DNA of 64,000 bases from Spongospora subterranea f. sp. subterranea (lineage: Eukaryota), in NCBI GenBank assembly GCA_049724395.1, contig JAUGWO010000112.1:62001-126000 (forward strand), in the 5' to 3' direction. Below the pieces are notes generated by a model that did not search any database, was not told the DNA's origin, and was given only the letters and a program-made list of their open reading frames with translations. This document shows positions 50,060 through 64,000 of the stretch, in pieces (the first letter of the stretch is position 1; the number at the start of each line of letters is the position of its first letter). The position numbers and the translations under genes were made by a program.

Positions 50060-51488
50060 TCAACCGAAACAAACATTTTTGGAGATGCGCTCTTGATCCA
50101 AAGCGAACGCCGTCTGCCACGTACTTGACGACAGTTCGGATTCCAGCAATGATGCGCTCATCAGCCGGGCCAACACCAGAGTCCGGTGCATGTCGCTGGC
50201 AGCACACCGATGTTCAGCGAAGTCGTCTTGGACACGCGATGATACATCATCATTCATAGCAACAGTAATTCTCCGGCATGTTGAAAGATACAAACGCCAC
50301 TCCTGTAACAACCGCTCTTCCACGCTTGCATCCAGAGACGGCGGAATTGCCTCGCTACCACCAATAACAACAGAATGCTCTGTGGGCACCAAGGTGGTTT
50401 TTTCTTCGGCCACGACAATGACAGGAATATCGACGTTGAAATCCAGATCGTACATAAAGTTGTAAGCAAGTTTCTGAGACCTGGCAACGCGCTGTAACAC
50501 TTTTAAGTTGGAGGTACCGTTTGGAGATAAAGTGCCTTCGGACATTGCAGACTGATCCAGGATTAACGACGTCCCCGGGAGCGAGCTGTAACGGGCCCGT
50601 TATTAAAACGTCTTTGTCGTAGTCCATAGTTGGTGTAAGCGTTTCGGAGTTAGACAGCGCATCGATAGAGAGCGTCATCGAACAAACGGCTGGTAGAAGA
50701 AGTTCACACAGTTCCCGGACCCTGGAAACGACGACATTACAGGGGACGTTGTCAACGGGTCGCAGATGCAGAGGGAAATTTCCGACGAGAATATCGTGCT
50801 CATCAAAACGCGCATGGACCCGAGATATCATGTGACACAAAAGGTATTCAGCTGCTAAATGATCGTTTCCAAGCGCTGCCGCCATAAACTGTAGAAGGCT
50901 AGAGCGCACCATGGGACTCTCCTCGCTTGCTGAAAGGCCATCGCATAAATCTAAATCCTGTCCCCAAACATAGTGTAAAACTGGATAACCGTCATTCATA
51001 ATGCCAACAAAATCAATGCACTGCCCGACGGATGGCGAGATGGCGCTGTCGGCGACCTTGACGATTATGGCCTGCGGTAAACCAGCGATGGAGGTTGCCC
51101 ATGGTGTCAGACCAGGAATGGGTGAAAGGGTGTAAATGTCACGGCTGAATACGCGCTGATCGGCGGTGTTCATGTTCTCACTGGAAAAAGGGACGTCATC
51201 GCGATATTTGCCAGACCGTAATTGCCCTCGCTCGTCACGATAAACGCCAAGGTAGAACTCTGAACCGCGACTCTCAGTGATCAGTCCCCTGAACCGGCAG
51301 AATTTCGACGACGATGTCGACGAGAAATCGTTAGATAGAGTATTGCGATAGCGTTGGGCGGAATCGGAGAGAAGTGCGACTTCGCCCCAGTCCATGGCGT
51401 CGGATTGGGCAAATGATTCGGCGCTTGCAGCAAACAGAGAGTCAACAACCGCCAAGGGATCCCGGATCACATCGGGCAACATCATCAT
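50060..51488 (-). CDS. MCMBP: Mini-chromosome maintenance complex-binding protein, with apparent frameshift near 50575
   Basis: CRFRGLI, LGNDHLAAEYLLCHMIS, PTMDYD..LITGPLQLAPG|TSLILD..MSEGTL..G..NL, VQDDF, LVLARLMS. Confidence 0.88.
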
Positions 51489-51989
51489 TTAGTTGTAAGT
51501 AAACTTGACAAGTGACGGGTTGGCGATATGGCGATTATCCCATCCGGGATTACCCTCTTCGGCCATCCAACATGGTCAACCGGACTTTTCACATTACCGG
51601 TACAATACGGTATATTTGACACTCTAAGCTATTGTCATCAGTAACTTTAGAATGCAATATATCTTGATATTCCAATAATCTCTTTTGGTTTGGTTTGGAT
51701 TGATCCTAGGCGGCGAACCAAAGAGATAGTGCATCCATCTTATCGTTCACAATCATAATATAACTGGTCATCTTCCATTTTCCAACGCCTCACATGCCAT
51801 CGAACCTGACCTTTGTGAGAACCAACACGACTGACAACGACGGGTGCAATAAGATGGAATTTTTCGATTGAATTTTTCGATGAAATACTGTCGAAAACTG
51901 GTTTAGGTATCGCATTAAACACGACACTGAATAGAAATAGGGACGTGTCAGCGATTTGAGTCAAACGATCTCCGAGTATACTCTTTCAT

Positions 51990-52466
51990 TAGGGGGTATC
52001 AAATATGCGAAACCACCCAATTTCAAGAATCGATTTTCCCGGAGGCCGGAGAGTTTAGATGGCCTGAAAATCGATTCTTATTTGAAAATCTCCTCCCGAG
52101 GTGATTTTCAGATGAAAATCGATTCTCGCGGACTTTGCTTACGCCATACAGCATCCACCCACCCACTTCCCATTCGCAAAAGTCGACAAATTGAGGTTTT
52201 GTTGGAGAAATTGATGGACAAATCAATTGATGTGGTTGCTTTACTAGAGTTGAAGTGTAAGGCCAAGTCATATCCCAGGCGTCGGAAACTGAGAGCCCAC
52301 AGTTAGCCTACGATATGATTGAAGCAGTGTTGCGATATTGTTATCATATTCGCAAAAGTCGATGTTTCCGGCGGATTTCAGCGTCGGAAAATCGCTGAAA
52401 ATCGATTTTCCGGAGCCGAAAATCATGCGGGAAAATCGATTTTTTTCTCATATTTGATACCCCCTA
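51990..52466. mobile_element. MITE of about 477 bp
   Basis: TIR tagggggtatcaaatatg(c/a)gaaa at both ends and repeated aaatcgatt subterminal motifs. Confidence 0.8.
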
Positions 52467-53004
52467 TTGAATTTATTATGTCAGTATCGGTTGGGCGATA
52501 TTAGTCATGGTGCAACAATACCCAGCGACATCACCCTTGTTCATATTTTTATGTTGGACTTAGTTCCGTTGATTATCGAAACGCCATCCCGCTGGCCAAA
52601 ACGTCTCAAACCTCTTCCGGCACATTGTGTTATGGTAATTGAATAGGATCGCAATGCCGGCTCATTATCTACACAAAATGATCCCAGTTCGCACCTTTGA
52701 GCCTGGCACCATTCTCCAAATTGTTAACCGACCCTCATATACGATATGGGCAATGTCCCATATATAACTAATTGCAAAAAGGCTATTCTGGCTGAAGACT
52801 ACAGAAGGGCAAATCAAGTTGATGGTAGGGTCCAAGGTTGGTCTGTCGTGGAGTTGATCTCCCTGTTGATCACCGCATATCCTTTATCCCTCAATGATCG
52901 ACATAACGATATCTGTCGCTTGTCGTGATGACAATCTAATCATCATCCTCATGTATTTTTGTTGTCACCACATTGCTTGTGACCACTCCGCCATTGGCTC
53001 ATTA

Positions 53005-53280
53005 TTATTTCTCGCTACGTGATCGACTCGGGTGTTTTTGATGTGTCCGAAGCCAGGCCGACGTCAAAATGAACTTCTGTTTTGGATCCATCTCCGCCTT
53101 GTCGAGTTCCGCCCAAAACATCTCCGCCGCTTTCGGCCCGTGAAATAACGAATCGCGCTCAACCTTTGTGTTGTTGAGAAACTCGCTCAGGACATTCTTC
53201 TCGACATCGGTCAGGACGGTGCTCTTCCCAACTGTCTCCATCATCGAGTGCAGCGTCACTTTAGTGTTCGTCATCTTCAC
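53005..53280 (-). CDS. Small hypothetical protein or terminal exon
   Basis: Protein-like ~90-codon ORF immediately preceded by a cag acceptor; no recognised family. Confidence 0.4.
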   Translation of the reverse strand: MKMTNTKVTLHSMMETVGKSTVLTDVEKNVLSEFLNNTKVERDSLFHGPKAAEMFWAELDKAEMDPKQKFILTSAWLRTHQKHPSRSRSEK

Positions 53281-53936
53281 CTGATTGCGATTAACTGCGA
53301 TTGGGTTTTGAAATGGATGAAGATGGGGAAAGTACGTGTGAGAACAGTGCGACCCCCATTAAACACCACACAACCTGTCCAAGACCTAAACGCATCTTGA
53401 AAGGCAGGACATAGGGCGGGCCGCCATGGAGACTGGCTATCAACGCGGCCAAACAACAGGTGACAAGGTGTCGTCGCAATACACGCCGGATTGTTGATTG
53501 AACCCTCAGGGGGCGTACTGGGCAGTCTCGTGCGGGTCATCGTGGATTTCGACAGAACCTTTTCGCCTGTTGTTTCGCAGACCTTATGATCGTTAATGGT
53601 CATTCTAATGCTGATACATGATCGTAACTGTAGACCTCTAAGAAGGAGGTATATGGATCATGCGGACGTGACTTTCTAGGATTGCAATGTCCATATCGTG
53701 AATCATCGAGGAGAAGGCCGATTTTCAGTTCATTGACCTCTATATATTGTTATGGACCATTTCAGGGATATCCAGGTGAAACAATGCAATTCTTGTTGTT
53801 GCAACCATATTAGAACACGGAACAACAATTGCCCACGTTTTGATAAATACAATAATAAAACCCTTACAATCTGGTATTGTTCAATTCAATCAAGACGCAG
53901 AAAATACCGGAATTCAATCTAGGTTTACAGTTAGTG

Positions 53937-56900
53937 TATCGCCATGGCCAACACACATAACTCGGGGTGTTGTTACAAGTGTTATTTAACGTGTCTATCC
54001 CATATATCGCCATGGCCAACACACATAACTCGGGGTGTTGTTACAAGTGTTATTTAACGTGTCTATCCCATATATCGCCATCCAACACACATAACTCGGG
54101 GTGTTGTTACAAGTGTTATTTAACGTGTCTATCCCATATATCGCCATCCAACACACATAACTCGGGGTGTTGTTACAAGTGTTATTTAACGTGTCTATCC
54201 CATATATCGCCATGGCCAACACACATAACTCGGGGTGTTGTTACAAGTGTTATTCAACGTGTCTATCCCATATATCGCCATGGCCAACACACATAACTCG
54301 GGGTGTTGTTACAAGTGTTATTTAACGTGTCTATCCCATATATCGCCATGGCCAACACACATAACTCGGGGTGTTGTTACAAGTGTTATTTAACGTGTCT
54401 ATCCCATATATCGCCATGGCCAACACACATAACTCGGGGTGTTGTTACAAGTGTTATTTAACGTGTCTATCCCATATATCGCCATGGCCAACACACATAA
54501 CTCGGGGTGTTGTTACAAGTGTTATTTAACGTGTCTATCCCATATATCGCCATGGCCAACAACACGGGGTGTTGTTACATAATCCCTCATGGGGGTGTTG
54601 TTACAAGTGTTATTTAACGTGTCCCATATCCCATAGTGTTATCGCCATCGCCATCCAACACACATAACTCGGGGTGTTGTTACAAGTGTTATTTAACGTG
54701 TCTATCCCATATATCGCCATGGCCAACACACATAACTCGGGGTGTTGTTACAACGTGTCTATCCCATATATCGCCATGGCCAACACACATAACTCGGGGT
54801 GTTGTTACAAGTGTTATTTAACGTGTCTATCCCATATATCGCCATGGCCAACACACATAACTCGGGGTGTTGTTACAAGTGTTATTTAACGTGTCTATCC
54901 CATATATCGCCATGGCCAACACACATAACTCGGGGTGTTGTTACAAGTGTTATTTAACGTGTCTATCCCATATATCGCCATGGCCAACACACATAACTCG
55001 TACGGGTGTTGTTACAAGTGTTATTCAACGTGTCTATCCCATATATCGCCATGGCCAACACACATAACTCGGGGTGTTGTTACAAGTGTTATTTAACGTG
55101 TCTATCCCATATATCGCCATGGCCAACACACATAACTCGGGGTGTTGTTACAAGTGGTGTCTATCCCATATATCGCCATGCCAACACACATAACTCGGGG
55201 TGTTGTTACAAGTGTTATTTAACGTGTCTATCCCATATATCGCCATGGCCAACACACATAACTCGGGGTGTTGTTACAAGTGTTATTTAACGTGTCTATC
55301 CCATATATCGCCATGGCCAACACACATAACTCGGGGTGTTGTTACAAGTGTTATTTAACGTGTCTATCCCATATATCGCCATGGCCAACACACATAACTC
55401 GGGGTGTTGTTACAAGTGTTATTTAACGTGTCTATCCCATATATCGCCATGGCCAACACACATAACGGGGTGTTGTTACAAGTGTTATTTAACGTGTGTT
55501 GTTACAAGTGTTATTTAACGTGTCTATCCCATATATCGCCATGGCCAACACACATAACTCGGGGTGTTGTTACAAGTGTTATTTAACGTGTCTATCCCAT
55601 ATATCGCCATGGCCAACAACACACATAACTCATCCAACACACATAACTCGGGGTGTTGTTACAAGTGTTATTTAACGTGTCTATCCCATATATCGCCATG
55701 GCCAACACACATAACTCGGGGTGTTGTTACAAGTGTTATTTAACGTGTCTATCCCATATATCGCCATGGCCAACACACATAACTCGGGGTGTTGTTACAA
55801 GTGTTATTTAACGTGTCTATCCCATATATCGCCATGGCCAACACACATAACTCGGGGTGTTGTTACAAGTGTTATTTAACGTGTCTATCCCATATATCGC
55901 CATGGCCAACACACATAACTCGGGTTACAAGTGTTGTTACAAGTGTTAGTGTTATTTAACGTGTCTATCCCATATATCGCCATGGCCAACACACATAACT
56001 CGCCAACACACATAACTCGGGTGTTGTTACAAGTGTTATTTAACGTGTCTATCCCATATATCGCCATGGCCAACACACATAACTCGGGGTGTTGCGTTAC
56101 AAGTGTTATTCAACGTGATCGCCATGGCCAACACACATAACTCGGGGTGTTGTTACAAGTGTTATTTAACGTGTCTATCCCATATATCGCCATGGCCAAC
56201 ACACATAACTCGGGGTGTTGTTACAAGTGTTATTTAACGTGTCTATCCCATATATCGCCATGGCCAACACACATAACTCGGGGTGTTGTTACACTCGGGG
56301 TGTTGTTACAAGTGTTATTTAACGTGTCTATCCCATATATCGCCATGGCCAACACACATAACTCGTTGTTACAAGTGGTGTTGTTACATAACTCGGGGTG
56401 TTGTTACAAGTGTTATTTAACGTGTCTATCCCATATATCGCCATGGCCAACACACATAACTCGGGGTGTTGTTACAAGTGTTATTTAACGTGTCTATCCC
56501 ATCGCCATGGCCAACACACATAACGGGGTGTTGTTACAAGTGGGTCTATCCCATATATCGTGTTGTTACAAGTGTTATTTAACGTGTCTATCCCATATAT
56601 CGCCATGGCCAACACACATAACTCGGGGTGTTGTTACAAGTGTTATTTAACGTGTCTATCCCATATATCGCCATGGCCAACACACATAACTCGGGGTGTT
56701 GTTACAAGTGTTATTTAACGTGTCTATCCCATATATCGCCATCCAACATCCATGGGGTGTAACTCGGGGTGTTGTTACAAGTGTTATTTAACGTGTCTAT
56801 CCCATATATCGCCATGGCCAACACACATAACTCGGGGTGTTGTTACAAGTGTTATTTAACGTGTCTATCCCATATATCGCCATCCAACACACATAACTCG

Positions 56901-57717
56901 GGGTGTTGTTACAAGTGTTATTTAACGTGTCTATCCCATATATCGCCATGGCCAACACACATAACTCGGGGTGTTGTTACAAGTGTTATTTAACGTGTCT
57001 ATCCCATATATCGCCATGGCCAACACACATAACTCGGGGTGTTGTTACAAGTGTTATTTAACGTGTCTATCCCATATATCGCCATGGCCAACACACATAA
57101 CTCGGGGTGTTGTTACAAGTGTTATTTAACGTGTCTATCCCATATATCGCCATCCAACACACATAACTCGGGGTGTTGTTACAAGTGTTATTTAACGTGT
57201 CTATCCCATATATCGCCATCCAACACACATAACTCGGGGTGTTGTTACAAGTGTTATTTAACGTGTCTATCCCATATATCGCCATGGCCAACACACATAA
57301 CTCGGGGTGTTGTTACAAGTGTTATTTAACGTGTCTATCCCATATATCGCCATCCAACACACATAACTCGGGGTGTTGTTACAAGTGTTATTTAACGTGT
57401 CTATCCCATATATCGCCATCCAACACACATAACTCTCAAGTGTTATTTAACGTGTCTATCCCATATATCGCCATCCAACACACATAACTCGGGGTGTTGT
57501 TACAAGTGTTATTTAACGTGTCTATCCCATATATCGCCATCCAACACACATAACTCGGGGTGTTGTTACAAGTGTTATTTAACGTGTCTATCCCATATAT
57601 CGCCATCCAACACACATAACTCGGGGTGTTGTTACAAGTGTTATTTAACGTGTCTATCCCATATATCGCCATCACAACGTGTCTATCCCATATATCGCCA
57701 TCCAACACACATAACTC
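53937..57717. repeat. Minisatellite array, 68-bp unit (66-bp variant), about 55 copies
   Basis: Unit gccatggccaacacacataactcggggtgttgttacaagtgttatttaacgtgtctatcccatatatc. Confidence 0.98.
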
Positions 57718-57810
57718 CAGTTAAGTATTGTAGCCGTAGCGAGGCCCCTGACTCCTCTTGGCTGTTTTGACGACATTTGGGTTCCTGATCACTCTTCTAT
57801 AAAGGCAAAG

Positions 57811-60385
57811 ATGGCTAAATGCATCCTGACAGGCGATCATATCAACAAGCAATCTAAGGAGATCAGCCATCAATCTGCCGTATCTGATGACCTTTTATCT
57901 CGCTTGCCTAATAGAAATCCGTTGGAGGTATTCACAGGATTGATCGTGTTTATTGTGTGCTGTTCAGTGTATGGGATGACAATGTCTCGTACAATATCTG
58001 GTGGCGATGCTGGTGAATTAGCGGTATCAGCGTGTCGTCTAGGTGTTGCACATCCGCCTGGCTATCCCCTATTCACTTTACTCTACCATTGGACATGGCG
58101 CTGTCTCTCCATGGCAATCACCCAGATCACTCCTGCTTTATCCTTCAATATGTTGTCAGTGCTGTTAACATCATTGGGGATAACTCTCCTTTATTTCTCC
58201 ATCATCGCTTTAGTCAAGGACCCTTTCATTGCATTAACCACGTCATTAATGTTTGGATTCTCCCCTACTCCATGGCTATATTCCGGTAAATATCTCTCAA
58301 ACTTGATATCACATTTTAATCGCTTATAATCAGGTCAGGCTGAAGTATTTGCCTTGCATATATTCATGATTGCCCTATTGATCCGGTTTGGCGTTTGGGT
58401 CCATGATCGTCCTGGAATAGGACGTGTGGCTATCTGCGCGTTTGCCTCTGGTATTGCCATGACAAACCAACATACTTCCATATTTTTTATCGGACCAATT
58501 GCATTTCATTTGTTCATCACCAATATGAAATTGATGTCTAGCCCATTACCTGTTGCCATTATTTCATTATCGTTTCTGGCTGGTTTAACGCCATACGTCT
58601 GGTTACCTATCGCCTCATATCATCATGCAATGGACGCATGGGGTGACCAATCAACACTCCAAGGGTTCCTTCACCATATCCTGCGATCTGAGGTATTATT
58701 GCTGCCATTTATATAATCAGTCCTTTGTTACACACGATTGATCAGATTTTGATTATTGTTGCTGTTTTTTGACTCAGTATGGAACCCTTCAGCTGGCCGC
58801 CTCCGAAATATCGACTCATCATTCAATGATTGTTCGTCTTGGAATATATCTCACTCATCTGGCATCCGACTCTTTATATCTTTACACATTTCTGGCATTA
58901 ATCGGTGCTCTAACTGGTCTTGGCTCCCACTACTACCGCCATCCACTAGAAATGGGTCTTATACTATCGTATACCACCTACATTGGAATATTTCATTATC
59001 TCGCCAATCTAGATCTCACACCGTTGCTCCTTGGAGTTCAAATGCGGTTCTGGATGCAACCTAACATGATCGTATTTATTTTCGCTGGTATCGGTTGGAA
59101 GCGCTTACGACGTCACACAGGGAGAATTATCGATGCTTTATGCATTGTGATGCTATCAATACAGCTGGCGAGGGGAATCGTTAGCAGAGATTTCAGTGAA
59201 GCCGATGTAGTTGCCCAATACGGCCAACTAATCCTTGATTCATTGCCAGACCGGGCAGTGGTTCTGTTGAATGGGGACCTTAACAACAATGCAGTCAAGT
59301 ACCTGTCCGGGTGTGAGAACAAATCCCTTCCTGGCCAGCATCTTCTCAGCCTTCAACTCATGTCATGGGACTGGTTTGTTGAGTCACAATCTCAACATTA
59401 TCCGGGAATCCGATTCCCCGGTCGGGTTTATCATCCCTTTAAACCTAACGGGTTCACTATCGCTGAGTTCATTGAAGCCAATCAATTTCGCTTTCCCATT
59501 TACCTGTGCGGTAACTGGAAATATGGCGATGGTTCCCACGAAGGCCGTTATGAAGTAAACCCGACGAGTTCAATTCAGATATCTTTCTGATATTATCGTC
59601 TCAGTTGATTCCCAGTGGTATCTGCAATCAGATTGTAAAACTCGGACAAAGATCGAAATCCTCACGCTTTAGTTCCATTCGTCGAGCGGCATCATTTGTT
59701 CCATTGATTGCTCCATTGCCTGGTCCAATTTCCTCAGACTTGTGGGAATCTGTTATCTACTCCGACCTGTTTCATAGAAGATTGGCACTTTTCCATGAAG
59801 CTGCAGGTTTTACAGCAACACATTTTAGTCCTCGGTTATTCCATTCATTCCCGTTTTGTGTTATATCTGGCAAATACGTTCTAATATATAATCAAACTGC
59901 CTTAAATACGTTAGAGCATTTTCGTTTTGCAAAAGTGACAAACAAGCAACATTGTTAAAAAACGAATAGTTTATGGTGGATTTTCCCCATTTTTTGTTCT
60001 TTGTATTCAATGAATGGTTTTATATGGAGCACTAATTGCTTTCCTTAGTCCATGTTGCTGAACAACCGAATCAATCTGCCGACGATCTCGCTTTTGCAGC
60101 ATTCTTGGCCGAAACCGTTTTTTATTCAACTCCCGATGGTGTGGGAGTCACGCAGATCGACATGTACCGAAACGCCGGTGTCGTTTTTGGTTCGTTTTGT
60201 CGAGGAATCAGTGGAATTATCAATAAGTTTCATCAGGTTTGTACAGCGTCCACAATCGTACTTCAGAGAGCAACATGTTGCGAGCCTGGCAACTTTACGT
60301 GGAACTGGATCCGAATCACGATGTCCAAGTTGAGCAGATTGTTAAGCTCAGATGGAATCCTTATCGAAACACAGCCATTATCTGA
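57811..60385 (+). CDS. TMEM260: TMEM260-like (DUF2723) protein O-mannosyltransferase, multi-exon
   Basis: GGDAGEL..GVAHPPGYPLF, QAEVFAL, TNQHTS, WGDQSTLQGFLHHILRSE|YGT, RFWMQ, NGDL. Confidence 0.9.
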
Positions 60386-60503
60386 GCCTGTTATCCTCGC
60401 CAAACCTCTACTCTGTCGACAATATAAAGTTAAAAAAAAAAATTTGATATTATTCGGTGACTGTGAATACTAACTGGCGTCGAAACAAATTTTTCAAAAG
60501 AAA

Positions 60504-60588
60504 TGTGTTCGACGGGATTTGAACCCGCGCTCCGCGAACGAAACTAGCGCCTTAAGCTAGCGCCTTAGACCAACTCGGCCACAAACAC
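60504..60588 (-). tRNA. tRNA-Leu(AAG)
   Basis: Cloverleaf with acceptor gtgtttg/cgaacac, D-arm gccgagttggtctaaggc, anticodon stem ctagc-ttAAGgc-gctag, long variable arm, ggttcaaatcc T-arm and a downstream T-run. Confidence 0.95.
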
Positions 60589-60649
60589 ATATTTTTGTGA
60601 TTCAGTTTTAAACCTGACTATTTACTTTAAGTTGAACAATGTCTTTAAA

Positions 60650-63600
60650 TCACCTTTCTTCAACGTGGGTCTAGCACTCAAATAAAATTGTGCAGCATCT
60701 CCGTCTTCAAATGATATGCAGAAGACGAGCAAAATCCAGAATAAAACAATACATATTTTTAAACATTGAATAGATTTTCAAATGAGGAAAAGAGGATCAG
60801 TCTCGTTCAACGATAATGATGAAGGGCATTAATTAATTGAGACAGGCAGTTGGGCAGCAGTGACTCCAGGTTGATAATCTTATCTCGATATCAATTTGAA
60901 ATCTACAAATGACATCATCAATCAAATAAGCTAAATGACGGATATTGATCCGACATTCGTAATTATCTAAAATCGAGGCATAATTGGAAAATGGAGAGCA
61001 AGGAGTTCACGTTAGAGTAGCCATCGTTGTCGTGTACATGATGGTGATAATATGCAACAGAATGGGCTGTGAATCAACACTTACAGCAACGTGCATGTAC
61101 TGGTAGTTGTGAATCTGGTGGGCACGTAAACCAATCATCGATAAAGATAATTAGAAGGCCAACTCCGAAGAGGACGTTCAGTTTCGTCGTGGAAGTGACA
61201 AATCTGTTATCTCCAACAGATCGCGCGTCGACGACTTCAAAGGAGATCATCTTGATTTCTCTTCATATTGACCGACCAACGATCGAATCATTCGATCGAT
61301 TTATGCTTCATACTATACCGCATCTAAACCTGAAAGCAACATTTGACAGATTAGTAATTCATGCGGGAACTCGAACTACGTACTAAGAAGAAAGCACAAG
61401 CCTTCCCAGGATCCTTCAGTGTGCGCAAGCGAACGCGTATCTAATCGATATTGGCGACAAGTTAAATATCCATGAACTTATTGAGTGATGACATAAACCA
61501 CTGTCCAATCCGACAATTGTCTTTTGTAGGAACGGCGACCATTCGCCAGGTTAATGTCATACTCTCATGCATGCAATATTGTTTCACAGTGGTCATGAGC
61601 ACTGTGGATCAAGTTAAACTGGTTTTTTCACCAGAAACCTACTCCTCGACGCAAAAAGTGGAAACAAGGCAAATTAGCTTGGTCCCCAGTGCTCGTCACC
61701 ATTGTGAAACAATACTGAGCTCTGACAATCGGATGTAAATATCGGAATGTTATCTCAGATGTTCCGAAAACACTATTAGCGAAAAAAACATTCACTCAAC
61801 AGGATTTGTTCTGTCGTAATTGTTAAGAACGCTTGCGAAATCGAAATATCAACATCGTCAATGTACCAGATCGATGCTAATCGAAGCGTTTTTGTATTCG
61901 GTTGTGTTTTTAACAAAGAATGAAGTTCACTCCTGCTCCTGGTACATTCCAAATTTTAACACGTTTTAGGTGGGAAGATGAAACACTTATCAAGATCAAA
62001 TGAAGGCGATACAGATAAACCGCGAGAGCGACAATATTGTGAAAACTTTGTACATGGAAACGCCCTTAATGCAACCGTTTCCACCAACACGACGAATCAA
62101 AATCAGTACAGAAACCCAGCCGTTCAAAAGGGGCTCGTATGAGTTTTAAATCATGGAAGAGCACGTTCGAGACCAAGGGATGGACCGCCAGAGATTTTAC
62201 AAGCACTTCACCGACCGCAGATCCACACTCGGATGGATATTCAAGTTCGGCAATAACACCATATTGTGGAAAAGTAAAAAGCAGCTAACTGTCTCGTTAA
62301 CAACAATTGAGGCGGAATGAAGTCTCAATCATTTTGATTTATAGAATCGGACCTGTTGACATGAGAATGAATTAAACGACAAGACTCAAATCGATTTTGA
62401 TCATAAGTGTTATGAAATTCAGAAACATTATATGGCTGTTCGAGCCGTCTTTGGAATTAAGCAAATTGTTCAACAATTTTGTCTGATCAAAATTACGTTT
62501 GCACTGGTAGTTCTGTTGCGTTGGTACTTCCGTTTTAGAAGTAGCAGTGCAAATGCAGTTCAGAATAGGGCATTGTTGTCTAAGCAACATCGCTTATTTA
62601 AAAAAGAAGCAAACCGCCACCATCAGCCTGTCAACAAATGTTGAATGTGGTCTTGAAGGCTAGATTTTAATCGTGGTGTCGAATTGCAATGGTGAGGACG
62701 AGGGTTCATGGCGTCTGAAAAATGTCAAAAGAACAAATCAGAAAGTGTCCAGAATTAAGATGATTTTTTGGTTAATATAAATACTCGAGCTGGTCTATCG
62801 CTCTGTTCAATCAACGCTGGAACGAGATTAAGAAGTTACAACGCCCAATCTGTTTTATCAATTCTGCCTTCCGCTGTGGATCAAAATCTGAGAATCAATG
62901 CGAGGATCAACTGCGCCTGAAACAACTGCATTGACAAAGACAAAATTGCAACCCTCGAATTTTATTGTTGCAATTGTTTCTCGATCGGGGTGGTTGATGA
63001 GATAATAAAGATCGCTATGCTTGTGCGCCTTGACTATTACATATTGCACACGTTGAAGCGATCTACGCATTCGGATGGAGAATGCTGGCTGCTTCACCCA
63101 CACTTCAAGAAACGATCTATGACCAATCGTCGTATGACAACACAACTACCTCTGAAACCTAAAAGGAACAGGAGTTCACAGGATTCCATTCATCTAAACG
63201 CCTCATCTAAAAGTGCCTACCTGATAGCCAGCGGCGCTAACTTCATCATGACAAACTTACTCCACAATCATAGGTCATTTCAGGACCCGATCATGATCAC
63301 TTGCGATAACGGCACACAGACAGGATCACCCAAAATGCAATGCCAGCCACCGCCAATGATTTAATTGTTCCTGGCATTACAAAGGCCTATTAGCCACGAA
63401 ATGATTCATTGTTGAGCAATGCTCAATCATAGTCATTGATGACACGCAACCGTATCAAGGATCGACATCGAAATGTCATCGTTACGGCATACAAGCATAA
63501 CAATCTGCATTATCTTATCAACCACACTGTTTAAAGGACAGACGCAGCATTGATCATGAAGCAAGAGTACCTAAGTTTCAAGCACACATGAAACCAGAGA

Positions 63601-64000
63601 CTGAACCATATATCAGAATTCACTGAAAGCATCACGATCTTACCGCAGGAGTTTTGCGAAAACCGTGCTGATGGAAATCATGAAAGCAACCATTCCCACA
63701 AAAACGTCAGAAACCAGGGCATCTGAAATCGTTTCATCTGAATTAAAAGGACGATCAACAGTACGAGGCCTCAATTGCCGTACTGAGGCGAAACCATTTT
63801 TGCGGTTGCCTGGAATCAACTGAGCCATTAACGGTGGTTGCCTGAGACTGCCCGTAGGCAACTGGTTGCCCACGATACAAATGGTTTGAGAGTTTCAAAT
63901 TTAAATATGGTTTGTATATGTATCGTAAGAAGTAATATTGCAGTAGTTCAATATCGGCATGAGCCGGCAACTCGAGGAACTGGCACCACGTCTCGAATGT
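60650..64000 (-). pseudogene. Possible multi-exon gene or pseudogene of unknown family, running off the window
   Basis: Protein-like segments bounded by ag/gt sites (e.g. 63640-63873, 62858-63145, ~62110-62260). The most plausible frames contain in-frame stops. Confidence 0.3.

Noticed and set aside
53937..57717. CRISPR array or Cys-rich repeat proteins from the ORF track
   Set aside because: There are no spacers, and the ORFs are by-products of translating a 68/66-bp repeat.
1..64000. Fanzor/TnpB, viral or alternative genetic code signatures
   Set aside because: No RuvC-like or viral hallmark ORFs were recognised, and conserved host genes translate with the standard code.

Overview
This is a eukaryotic, gene-dense window with many short GT-AG introns. 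The style fits a compact protist genome such as a plasmodiophorid, but that is inference only. Host genes: Cu-transporting P1B ATPase, front-end fatty-acid desaturase, SPIRAL1/Jupiter-like repeat protein, CTDSPL2-like phosphatase, PAQR membrane protein, KP-43-type subtilase, tetraspanin-like protein, a secreted orphan, WDR26, MCMBP, TMEM260 and tRNA-Leu(AAG). These alternate with decayed transposons (Copia, Mutator-like/MULE, pogo, hAT, PIF/Harbinger, MITEs) and two long minisatellite arrays (52-bp and 68-bp units). The most striking structure is a TSD-resolvable nest at 7.2-15.5 kb. A Ulp1-protease-carrying MULE splits a Copia LTR, a second MULE with asymmetric ends sits in the Copia RNase H, and that MULE carries an inverted sister copy. 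A similar inverted architecture recurs at 35.2-36.9 kb. Fold-back duplications also occur in Copia and pogo remnants, so several loci could yield transposon hairpin RNA (a Mu-killer-like hypothesis). Exon boundaries were read by eye and are approximate.
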